A DNA stretch of 64,000 nucleotides, from assembly GCA_038141355.1 (NCBI GenBank), contig JAYQHX010000009.1:377978-441977 (forward strand), written 5' to 3'. The stretch comes from Methanobacteriota archaeon. GTDB lineage: Archaea; Thermoplasmatota; Poseidoniia; Poseidoniales; Poseidoniaceae. Position numbers and translations under genes: made by a program. Within the stretch, counting starts at the first letter, position 1. Each line of letters begins with the position of its first letter. The notes below the pieces were generated by a model. It worked only from the letters and a program-made list of their open reading frames with translations. It was not told the origin of the DNA and did not search any database. Shown in pieces: positions 9,706 to 18,624 of this stretch.

Positions 9706-11187
9706 ATGCCCTCAAATGTAGTCAGAGTCGAAGCAACTCCAAGACTGGGGGAAGGTATGAGGGATGTCCGTGGCAACTCGGTAAAAAGGCAACTGCAAGC
9801 CGACCACGGCATTGAAATCTCAGAAGTCAGGTCCATTGTGGGATTCTTGATCGACAGCGAAATCACTTCGGCTGAAATTTCAGAAAGGGCCGATGATATT
9901 TTTGCCGACCCGATAATCGAAGTCAGTGCAACCGATACCCTTCATTTGGAAAACTCAGATTTGTTTGCCGATGCGCCAGATATCATAGTCACCATAGGTG
10001 TCAAACCAGGTGTCACAGACAATCCAGGTAAAGCCGCACTCGACGGCTTCAAAACGATATTCCCTAATGCTGGAGATGACGCTAGGGTGTCAACATACAT
10101 CACTTACACATTCAGCGGAACTCCAACCGACCTCGATGCCGAATGGCTGTCTAAACAATTACATAACGCACTTATTGAGAGAGCAATCGTATCTAAAAAA
10201 GGAGAGGAGTTTCCTCAAATTGAATACGTACCAGTCGCAACTAGTTCTTACACCGAGCCCGCAACAATCGATTTAGAAGTATCAGATGATGAACTAGTAC
10301 GCATTTCTGATGAAGGCCTATTGGCATTGAATTTAGAAGAAATGCAAACTATACAGGCCCATTACAGAGACCCACTTGTCCAAGAGCATCGAAGAATAAT
10401 GGGGTTGCCGGAATCAGCGCCTACCGATGTTGAATTAGAATGTCTAGCTCAAACCTGGTCCGAACATTGTAAACACAAAATTTTCGCAGCACACATACAC
10501 CATATCGATGAAGAAACCGGCGAAGATACAGAAATCGATTCCCTATTCAAAACACACATCATGAAGCCGACATTGGAGATGAAAGAAGAAGTAGACTGGC
10601 TTCTTTCAGTTTTCCATGATAATTCTGGAGTCATAGCATGGGACGATAATTGGTCTATGTGTATGAAAGCAGAGACTCACAATTCTCCGAGCGCATTAGA
10701 CCCCTATGGTGGTGCTATGACTGGAATAGTCGGGGTAAATCGAGATATTCTCGGAACAGGATTAGGCGCTCGACCTATAGCAAACACGGACGTATTTTGT
10801 TTCGGACCACCTGATTGGGAAGGCAACCTTCCAGACAATTTGTTCCACCCGTCAAGAGTATTGAGGGGAGTACATGCAGGAGTTAGGGTTGGAGGAAATG
10901 AAAGCGGAATCCCAACAGTAAACGGGGCGATTGTCTTTGATGACAGATATATTGGAAAGCCCTTGGTTTACTGTGGTACTATCGGAATGATGCCTAGACG
11001 TTTGGCAGATGGAAGAGAATCACACATCAAAAATCCAGAAGCGGGCGACAGAGTGTATATGGTTGGTGGAAGAGTAGGATATGATGGAATCCATGGGGCT
11101 ACATTTTCTTCATTGGAATTGACCGAGGAATCACCTTCAAGCGCTGTGCAAATCGGCGATCCCAATCACTCAGAAAAAAATGCTTGA
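9706..11187 (+). CDS. purL: phosphoribosylformylglycinamidine synthase PurL, N-terminal part with fused double PurS-like domain
   Basis: The first ~170 aa hold two PurS-like repeats (each ending ...DPIIE / ...NALIE). These are followed by PurL motifs SEHCKHKIF, ETHNSPSALDPYGGA and VQIGDP. The ORF stops at the A7 run at 11174-11180. Confidence 0.85.
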   Translation: MPSNVVRVEATPRLGEGMRDVRGNSVKRQLQADHGIEISEVRSIVGFLIDSEITSAEISERADDIFADPIIEVSATDTLHLENSDLFADAPDIIVTIGVKPGVTDNPGKAALDGFKTIFPNAGDDARVSTYITYTFSGTPTDLDAEWLSKQLHNALIERAIVSKKGEEFPQIEYVPVATSSYTEPATIDLEVSDDELVRISDEGLLALNLEEMQTIQAHYRDPLVQEHRRIMGLPESAPTDVELECLAQTWSEHCKHKIFAAHIHHIDEETGEDTEIDSLFKTHIMKPTLEMKEEVDWLLSVFHDNSGVIAWDDNWSMCMKAETHNSPSALDPYGGAMTGIVGVNRDILGTGLGARPIANTDVFCFGPPDWEGNLPDNLFHPSRVLRGVHAGVRVGGNESGIPTVNGAIVFDDRYIGKPLVYCGTIGMMPRRLADGRESHIKNPEAGDRVYMVGGRVGYDGIHGATFSSLELTEESPSSAVQIGDPNHSEKNA

Positions 11188-12724
11188 TATGATCCTCGAA
11201 GCAAGGGACTTGGGACTGATTACCTGCATCACCGATAACGGAGCAGGAGGGCTATCTTCGAGCATCGGAGAGATGGCAGAATACACAAACGGTTGCCGAA
11301 TTGATTTGGCAAAAGTCCCATTAAAACAAGCCGGATTATCTTCTTGGGAAATTTTGGTTTCAGAATCACAGGAGAGAATGACAGTCGCTGTAAGAGAACA
11401 CGATGTTGAACAATTTGAGTCATTAGCGAATTTACACGAAGTGGAGGCAACATGGGTTGCTGACTTTACCGATACCGGGGACTTCCATGTCATGCATGGA
11501 GAAAATACCGTTGCATCCTTACCAATTGAATTTCTTCACGATGGGGTTCCGCAACTGCGTCTAAAAAGTAAATGGACGCCACCCCACAACGAACCATTCA
11601 CTATCAGTGATGATGCGAACCATTCCGAATTACTAATCCAGATGTTGGCGAGGCCAAATATCGCCTCAAAAGAAACATGGGTTCGCCAATACGACCACGA
11701 AGTCATAGCACAAACCGCAGTCAAACCATTTGTTGGAGTGGAAAAAGACGGGCCCGGAGATGCAGGCGTACTTGCACCATTACACGGTTCAACCCACGGC
11801 CTAGTAGTATCGAACGGAATCTCTCCGAGGTACAGCGATATCGATGCAGGAGCGATGGCTGCAGCAGCTGTTGACGAGGCAGTAAGAAACGCAGTATGTG
11901 CGGGCGTAAATCTCGATAAAATCGCTGGGCTAGATAATTTCTGTTGGCCCGATCCAATTGAGAGTAAGAAGACGCCAGACGGGCAATTTAAGCTAGCCCA
12001 ATTAGTTAGAGCAAATAGGGAATTAGAAAGAATTTGTAGGGCGTATTTCGTACCATGTATTTCTGGTAAAGATTCGATGAAAAACGATTATGGAAGCGGA
12101 GAAAATAAGATTTCAATCCCTCCAACTCTCCTGTTCTCTTTGTTCGGAGACCAGCCCGATGTAAGATATACTACAACCTCAGATTTGAAACCAGGCGAAA
12201 GCCTGTATTTAATCGGCGAATCTAAGCAAGAATTAGGCGCAAGCGAACTAGCCTTCATGATGAAAGAAAACGGCAACGCCGCAGGCATAGGGGGGTCAGT
12301 ACCTACTCTTCCTGACCCCGAAAATAAATTACAATCTTACAAAGCCCTATCCAAAGCAATCCATGCCGGATTGGTTAGAACAGCTCACGATTGTAGTGAA
12401 GGCGGGGTTGCTGTAGCAATAGCCGAAATGTGCATCGGAGGCAGAACCGGTGCTGCAATCGACATCGATGGACCTGGAGAAGCAGACCTTTGGGGAAGGC
12501 TTTGGGGCGAATCTTTGGGACGAATTATCGTCGGTGTAAAACAATCCAAAAAAGAGGAATTCAGACAGATGATGAAAGGAAACCAAGTCACATACCTTGG
12601 CGAAACTACAGATTCTAACACATTGGCAATCTATGATGGAGACGACGTTATTATCGAAGCAAATGTAGAGGACATGACATCTTCATGGAAAGGAAAACTC
12701 GACATGACAGGAGGCGTTCAATAA
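11180..12724 (+). CDS. purL: PurL, C-terminal part
   Basis: Continues the conserved GDP...EK block (MLDMILEARDLGLITCITDNGAGGLSSSIGEM), then ESQERM and a second AIR-synthase-like repeat. It is contiguous with 9706..11187 after removing one A. Confidence 0.85.
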   Translation: MLDMILEARDLGLITCITDNGAGGLSSSIGEMAEYTNGCRIDLAKVPLKQAGLSSWEILVSESQERMTVAVREHDVEQFESLANLHEVEATWVADFTDTGDFHVMHGENTVASLPIEFLHDGVPQLRLKSKWTPPHNEPFTISDDANHSELLIQMLARPNIASKETWVRQYDHEVIAQTAVKPFVGVEKDGPGDAGVLAPLHGSTHGLVVSNGISPRYSDIDAGAMAAAAVDEAVRNAVCAGVNLDKIAGLDNFCWPDPIESKKTPDGQFKLAQLVRANRELERICRAYFVPCISGKDSMKNDYGSGENKISIPPTLLFSLFGDQPDVRYTTTSDLKPGESLYLIGESKQELGASELAFMMKENGNAAGIGGSVPTLPDPENKLQSYKALSKAIHAGLVRTAHDCSEGGVAVAIAEMCIGGRTGAAIDIDGPGEADLWGRLWGESLGRIIVGVKQSKKEEFRQMMKGNQVTYLGETTDSNTLAIYDGDDVIIEANVEDMTSSWKGKLDMTGGVQ

Positions 12725-13545
12725 TGGTTGAAACACCTAAGGTCGCAGTCTTATTCGGATTTGGAATAAATTGTGATAGAGAGACTGCAGCAGTATTCGA
12801 GATAGCCGGAGCATCAAGTGAAAGAGTTCACGTCAATCGATTTGTAAACGGTGAAAGGGATCTATCAGAATTCCACATTCTTGCAGTTCCTGGCGGATTT
12901 TCTTTTGGCGACCATTTAGGTTCGGGCAGACTTTTAGGAAATAGAATGAGGTTTGCAATGCGGGACCAATTAACTCAATTTGTAGCGGATGGAAAACCGA
13001 TTATTGGTATCTGTAATGGCTTCCAAGTACTGGTAAAAACCGGATTATTACCGGGCAAAGAAATACCCGACTTCGAACAAACTGCTAGCCTAACACTCAA
13101 CAATAGTGGAAGATATGAAGACAGATGGGTCACATTAGAATTCGACCCCGAAAGCCCGTGTATTTGGACCAAAGGAATCACCAGAATAGAGTGCCCAGTA
13201 AGGCACGGAGAGGGCAGATTCGTTATGCCCTCATCCGAAGATTTGGATACACTTGCAAGCAATAATCAACTCGTCACTAGATATGTAGACCCAACCACAG
13301 AAGAAGGAAAGGGGATTGCTGATGAGGAACTACCATTCCCAATCTGTCCTAACGGTAGTATCAGAAATATTGCAGGAATCTGTGACCCGACTGGATTGGT
13401 TTTCGGATTAATGCCTCACCCTGAAGCGGCTTATGCTACATTCCTACATCCTCATCATACACGAGGAGAGGTTAGCGAAGAAATTCTAGGCGAGGGAATG
13501 AAAATCTTCGAAAATGCTGTAAAATATGCTCAAGCAAACCTTTGA
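12724..13545 (+). CDS. purQ: phosphoribosylformylglycinamidine synthase glutaminase subunit PurQ
   Basis: The ATG overlaps the purL stop (TAATG). Class-I amidotransferase features are KVAVLFGFGINCDRE, the nucleophile elbow GICNGFQ and MPHPE. The ORF track starts it at 12685, inside purL. Confidence 0.85.
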   Translation: MVETPKVAVLFGFGINCDRETAAVFEIAGASSERVHVNRFVNGERDLSEFHILAVPGGFSFGDHLGSGRLLGNRMRFAMRDQLTQFVADGKPIIGICNGFQVLVKTGLLPGKEIPDFEQTASLTLNNSGRYEDRWVTLEFDPESPCIWTKGITRIECPVRHGEGRFVMPSSEDLDTLASNNQLVTRYVDPTTEEGKGIADEELPFPICPNGSIRNIAGICDPTGLVFGLMPHPEAAYATFLHPHHTRGEVSEEILGEGMKIFENAVKYAQANL

Positions 13546-13569
13546 GAATACCCTTCTCTTGTGCATATC

Positions 13570-14304
13570 ATGGCGACAGAGAAACTCTACATGGAAAGCA
13601 TCGATGCGTGCTACCTAAAAGAATTCGAAGCCACAGTGACATCAGTTGACGACAATTCAGTAATCTTGGACAAGACTCTGTTTTATCCGCTAGGCGGCGG
13701 TCAAAACTGGGACACAGGAGTAATTAAATGGGACAGCGGAGATGTCAAAGTCACAGAAGTTAGAGGCCGAGGCGATGTACAACATTTTGTTGGTGAAGAC
13801 CACGGGCTTGAGAAAGGCGATCAAATCGAGGGAACGATCGATTGGGACAGGCGCCACGCACACATGAGAATGCACACAGCTCAACATTTAGTGAGTGGAT
13901 TAGTTTACGAAATGTATGATGGAGCAAGGACGGTTGGAAACCAAATTCATTCTGATAGGTCTCGTATAGATTTCAATCCGATTCGGTTTACTGAGGATAT
14001 GATAGAGGAATTATTCAATAAGGCAAATGAAATGGTTGAAGAAAAAATACCCGTTGTAGATTGTATTATGACCCGTGATGAGATAAATTCCATAATGCCT
14101 CCAGAGAGGACTAATATGGATTTATTACCGATTTCTGTCAAACAGCTAAGAGTGATAAAAATTGGCGAAAACGTTGACCTGTGCCCTTGTGCTGGAACTC
14201 ATGTTCGCAATTTAGAAGAGATAGGAGTGCTGCAATTTTTAGGAACTAAAAACAAAGGAAGAGGAACAACTCGCGTGAATTACACTTTAGATGGCTGTGA
14301 GTAG
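13570..14304 (+). CDS. alaX: alanyl-tRNA editing protein AlaX (AlaX-M type)
   Basis: HTAQHL and CPCAGTHV zinc/editing motifs of the Ala/Thr-tRNA synthetase second additional domain. The ORF opens at GTG 13561; ATG 13570 (MATEKLY) is the preferred start. Confidence 0.75.
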   Translation: MATEKLYMESIDACYLKEFEATVTSVDDNSVILDKTLFYPLGGGQNWDTGVIKWDSGDVKVTEVRGRGDVQHFVGEDHGLEKGDQIEGTIDWDRRHAHMRMHTAQHLVSGLVYEMYDGARTVGNQIHSDRSRIDFNPIRFTEDMIEELFNKANEMVEEKIPVVDCIMTRDEINSIMPPERTNMDLLPISVKQLRVIKIGENVDLCPCAGTHVRNLEEIGVLQFLGTKNKGRGTTRVNYTLDGCE

Positions 14305-14369
14305 TAAAACGTAGGTAAATAAGTAAATACCTATCAATAAAGGAAACCAATAATTTCTTCTCTAGAAGA

Positions 14370-15122
14370 CTATAAGTCTAAATCATCATCCAGTAATTTA
14401 GAAATCTCGCTTTTCGCTAAATCCCATTCTTTTCGATCTCTATTTCGTTCTGAAATCGTTGCGGATTCAATGATTTCTTTTAGAGCATCAGGGGCGCTCT
14501 GTGATGCCTTTTCAGCCTCGACTCTATCCACCATCTTCCTATCTTCTCCTAATCTATCAGAGCGGTCAACTGGCTCAATTGGTTTGCTAGGAATGGTTCT
14601 TGCACCATAACCTGTTTCATCCGCATCTAGGCTTTCAGCCATCATTTCCAATACTTCCTCTGGTGGTAATTCATCTTTCCAAGGGTTTTGATTAGCTATA
14701 TTTTGGATTGGACTCGATTTGTCGATTTGGCTTTGTGCGTTGAATAGTGCCTCAATATCATCATTGGTAGCAAGTGGCTTTGCACCTACCATTGAATTCG
14801 CTAATCTTTGTTGTTCACGTAATGTAAATCCGTGTACCTCATCGTGGTCGTGCTTATGTGGCTCAGAAGCTAGGGCAAGCAATTCTCTAGCAAATTGAAA
14901 CAACTCATCTGATTGAGGTGCTTTAGCGATTAAATCTCTAACCTTTGTGTGATGTTTGATACAAGACCTGCATCTTTCTCCACCAGCGATATCAGGAGCA
15001 TCACAACGAAGGCAGCATGCTTGGAATCCCAAATCTTTCATCGCCCTCCTTGGCATCGCCATACCCTTTCCTACATACTGCAAGCCATGAATGCTTTCAC
15101 ACGAGGCTTCAAATGATACCAT
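14370..15122 (-). CDS. hypothetical protein with N-terminal Cys4 zinc-ribbon and acidic C-terminus
   Basis: 250-aa ORF with CCLRCD...CRSC near the N-terminus, followed by a long acidic, low-complexity tail ending LLDDDLDL. The true start may be the internal MAMPRR. Confidence 0.4.
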   Translation of the reverse strand: MVSFEASCESIHGLQYVGKGMAMPRRAMKDLGFQACCLRCDAPDIAGGERCRSCIKHHTKVRDLIAKAPQSDELFQFARELLALASEPHKHDHDEVHGFTLREQQRLANSMVGAKPLATNDDIEALFNAQSQIDKSSPIQNIANQNPWKDELPPEEVLEMMAESLDADETGYGARTIPSKPIEPVDRSDRLGEDRKMVDRVEAEKASQSAPDALKEIIESATISERNRDRKEWDLAKSEISKLLDDDLDL

Positions 15123-15137
15123 GATGACACTAGACTG

Positions 15138-16037
15138 ATGGCGAGAGACCCTAGAGCCGATATTTTGGAAGACGACCTATTTCCAAAATCTTCTAGGCAA
15201 ATCCATCGAATCCATGCACATAAAACAACAGATGGTACGATACATTTCAACACATCAGGTGGATTTTTTGGAGTAAACAGCAGCCAGCCTGTTGAATTAC
15301 ATCAAGGGAAATTGTGGCACTTCAGTAAAGAGGAAAAAGAGCACTTATTGTTAGCAACTGCCGCATTCACAATCGCACTAGGCCTAATGAGAGTTGGTGG
15401 CCTATTTGGTACAGGCCAATTCTCATCCACCGCATCTTGGGGAGCAATGCTGCTTCTATCGATGCCAGTTATGTTGATTGCAGTAGGGCCAGCATTCATT
15501 CTTCACGAGATTGGACACAAAATAATCGCCAAAAAATATGGTTGCTGGGCTGAGTTTAGAGCAGACCCCGGCGGTTTGAAATTCGGATTAGGATTGTCTG
15601 CAATTTTGGGAATAGTATTCATGGCTCCAGGCGCAGTTATGGTTGCTGGACTAGTCACAAGAAGACAAAATGGTCACATTGCAATAGCGGGCCCAGCTGT
15701 AAATTTCAGTTTATTTTTGATAGGAATTCCATTAGGCGGCATCATCCTTGGTCTTACCGGGTCACAGGATGCTGCAAATTTGGATTATATCTCCAACGGG
15801 GCGATCAACCTCAAAGCGATGTTGTATGATGGTGTTGTATTTTGGATCATGGCAAATCTAATCCTAGGAGCTTTCAACATGATACCAGCAGGCCCTCTTG
15901 ATGGTGTAAAGGTAAAGGATTGGAACGAAAATGTCTGGTTATTTTCCTTCCTGACATTTGTTGGATTACTCGCATTGATGTTTACAGGAACTTGGAGTGC
16001 AATAGATATCGCAATTCAAATCGCAAATCTATTCTGA
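15138..16037 (+). CDS. site-2 protease family (M50) intramembrane metalloprotease
   Basis: Polytopic 299-aa ORF with HEIGHKIIAKKYG (HExxH) and the second family motif NLILGAFNMIPAGPLDG. Confidence 0.75.
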   Translation: MARDPRADILEDDLFPKSSRQIHRIHAHKTTDGTIHFNTSGGFFGVNSSQPVELHQGKLWHFSKEEKEHLLLATAAFTIALGLMRVGGLFGTGQFSSTASWGAMLLLSMPVMLIAVGPAFILHEIGHKIIAKKYGCWAEFRADPGGLKFGLGLSAILGIVFMAPGAVMVAGLVTRRQNGHIAIAGPAVNFSLFLIGIPLGGIILGLTGSQDAANLDYISNGAINLKAMLYDGVVFWIMANLILGAFNMIPAGPLDGVKVKDWNENVWLFSFLTFVGLLALMFTGTWSAIDIAIQIANLF

Positions 16038-16604
16038 TTCAAGGTATGCATTTCTTACCGGATTTTCATCTAGATGGAAGAATGAATATGTGGCCCACCA
16101 CGTGATGGTGTCCAAAGCATCGACTAAATTGCTAGTACCTGACTGGGGATCTCCGTATTCCTTGTTTGAAGTATCCATCCACGCTTCCATCTCATCGAGA
16201 GTATCACAGGTTTGGTGATAACACCAGTATCCATCAACAAGTCCTCCGAATCCCATCGTTACAGTTCCTAGGTTATCTTGGAAAGTAGCATGGTCAGACC
16301 TTGCGGTAGTATCTTCGTAAACGATAATCTCAGGTCTATCTTTATTCAGCCAGTCATCAACTTTCCAAGTATCTGCAGGCAAGTCTGTACCAATCAAAGT
16401 GGACATTTGGTCTTCAACACCGATGGCGTCAGAACCAATCCACATTGCTAAGTTGACCATTCCTGGTTGATTCATAACATCATGGTCAAGACTTGGTCCA
16501 ATGTATACTCTCATCGGCCAAACCTCCTCATCTTTTGGATATCCATCAGGGTCGATAGCAGGGTCGGGGTCACCGTGTGGCGCTCCTCCCCTCCGCCTGG
16601 CCAA
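16029..16604 (-). CDS. M28-family peptidase, C-terminal part
   Basis: Continues the paralog alignment (QPGMVNLAMWIGSDA, TARSDH, DGYWCYHQTCDTLDEME, ITWWATYSFFHLD). It is joined to 16511..17764 by adding one base. Confidence 0.7.
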   Translation of the reverse strand: MARRRGGAPHGDPDPAIDPDGYPKDEEVWPMRVYIGPSLDHDVMNQPGMVNLAMWIGSDAIGVEDQMSTLIGTDLPADTWKVDDWLNKDRPEIIVYEDTTARSDHATFQDNLGTVTMGFGGLVDGYWCYHQTCDTLDEMEAWMDTSNKEYGDPQSGTSNLVDALDTITWWATYSFFHLDENPVRNAYLESE

Positions 16605-17764
16605 TTTACACCAGCCATGTCCAAATTTACGTAATTGGTGACTTCCACGTTAGGGTTATCTTCCTTGACCCAATAATCTGTCCAGTAATCACTACCTCGC
16701 TTTCCGCCTTCCTCACCAGACCACAGACAGAATACCATTGTGTTCCTTGTCTTGTAGCCGGCCATTGCCTCAGCGACGGTCATTACCATACTAGTTCCAG
16801 CAGTATTGTCATATGCTCCGACTCTAGTTCCATAGGTTCTCGATCCGGTTATGTGAGGGTCTAAGGCTACTGCGTTAGCCGGTGGTGCTACATCGAAGTG
16901 AGCGCCAAAAACCATCCATTTGTCAGCATCGACTTCGCCCCATCTGTAGCCACATATGTTGTATGCTTCCGGGTTTTGGACCCCGAAAATATCGGTGTAC
17001 TCGAAGCGATGCGCCATTACTTCCAAACCAAATCTCTCTAGTTCTGCTATGATGTGTAATGCTGCATCTTCGTATGCAGGATTATTCTGACCTGCCCATC
17101 TATCGAGGTATCCTACTGCGCCATCAGCAACATCTAGTGCATCTAGCGATTCATCGGTAAACATCGAGAGATAGTTGTATGTTGTTCTACCATTTACTAC
17201 ACCAGTTGAGTGTCTACCTCCTTCGTCCTCAGGATAACCGGGTTTCATTGGGCGCTCTATTGCAATTCTAGCAGCAATCACCGAACCTCCATTTGAGTCA
17301 GCGGGTAATACTGCATCGAGTGAAGAGTTTGAAGAAACCCTCATAATTCCATTATTCGATTTACTATCTTGACCATCTCTCGCATACCATGTTCTCCAAG
17401 ACTCATCCAAGTCTCTTATTGGCCAATTCTCTCGTCCATATTCTCCGATTAGGATGACGGCTGTATCTGTTCTCGGTGGTGCAAGGACTGTAATCAGTGC
17501 AGATTCACCAGCCTTGATGTCAACAACTGTTGAATTTTGAACGAATCCGGTTTCTGGATTTAGAATCAAATATGGGACAAATGCAGAAAGGTCGGTTTTA
17601 GCAGCGATTGTTAATCCTTGAAATGTCCCTCCAATCAATTTGCTCGGAGTAATAGTGGCGTCGCCCACTTTTAGGGATGAATCATCGTCCTCCCCCAAAC
17701 ATCCACTCAGCGGTGCAACACAGAACAGTATCACTAAGAACATAGCAATAGATGGTCTGTGCAT
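16511..17764 (-). CDS. M28-family exported peptidase (lipoprotein), N-terminal part
   Basis: Signal/lipobox APLSGCLGEDDDS. It aligns by eye with the intact paralog at 26925..28523 (GEYGRENWPIRD, FGAHFD, GAYDNTAGTS, MVFCLWSGEE, NLDMAG). It is broken at the C4 run at 16588-16591. Confidence 0.7.
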   Translation of the reverse strand: MHRPSIAMFLVILFCVAPLSGCLGEDDDSSLKVGDATITPSKLIGGTFQGLTIAAKTDLSAFVPYLILNPETGFVQNSTVVDIKAGESALITVLAPPRTDTAVILIGEYGRENWPIRDLDESWRTWYARDGQDSKSNNGIMRVSSNSSLDAVLPADSNGGSVIAARIAIERPMKPGYPEDEGGRHSTGVVNGRTTYNYLSMFTDESLDALDVADGAVGYLDRWAGQNNPAYEDAALHIIAELERFGLEVMAHRFEYTDIFGVQNPEAYNICGYRWGEVDADKWMVFGAHFDVAPPANAVALDPHITGSRTYGTRVGAYDNTAGTSMVMTVAEAMAGYKTRNTMVFCLWSGEEGGKRGSDYWTDYWVKEDNPNVEVTNYVNLDMAGVNWPGGGEERHTVTPTLLSTLMDIQKMRRFGR

Positions 17765-17893
17765 GGTACGCCGTACCAGTTATCCCTTCTCAATGCTACG
17801 ATTACTCGATTGCGTAAAATTTCACATTTACATTCACTTTTATCCCACCCTGTAATCAAATTTGTTTGATATTCGCAACTGCCCAAATCAAAC

Positions 17894-18624
17894 ATGGTAC
17901 GGAATTTACCAACATCTTTGTTGTCTAAAATTGATGAAGTGCAGATATTTCCTCGTAAAGGACAACTTTACCAATTACGCGGAGGGGAAGATCAGGTAAA
18001 TCGATGCGACAGTTTGCCGAAGCATGGACCGCAATGACCCTAATGAATGGCGATTACGTCCATTGGATAGACGGGTCTTGCCGCTTTAATCCAGCTCGAA
18101 TAATCAAATCTTTTCCGCATACTTTAGCGGACCCAGAGCAATTACTCCACGGTTTATTCGTCGGTAGAGGGTTTACCGTGCATCAATTTTCACATTTAAT
18201 TGATAGATTGTACAGCGAGATAAAAATCACCAGGGCTAAATTAGTTGTTGTTGATGGCCCTATTACGATGCACCTAGATTCTCAAATCAGTGATTATGAA
18301 GCAAGGTCATTACTACGCAAATCAATGAACTCATTGGCAATAATCGCAAACAAATTCAACACCAGTATAATTGTAATTACATCTCTGAAAGCATATTCCC
18401 AGCGCCACTCAAATCTATTGACGATGGTTAGTAATAGATGCCAAGCATCACTTTTAGGACGCATTCGAATTGTTCAGGGGCAGAAGAAAATGTGGCTACT
18501 TCATCTTCCAAGCGGCAATTCGGGATATAGGGAGCAGCGAATTGAACAAGAAACATTGCACGATTCAACAAGTAGAGTCATCCATAGTAGACTTAGAATT
18601 GAAGGTAGAGAAGAAATCGAATAG
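17894..18624 (+). CDS. RecA-superfamily ATPase, RadB-like (frame change near 17984-17987)
   Basis: ATG 17894 opens MVRNLPTSLLSKIDEVQIFPRKGQLYQLRGG in one frame, and the track ORF 18004..18624 is in another. Adding one G to the G4 run yields the P-loop GGGRSGKS. Downstream are VHWIDGSCRFNPARI (compare the RadA/RadB YIDTEGTFRPERI) and Walker B KLVVVDG. Confidence 0.6.
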
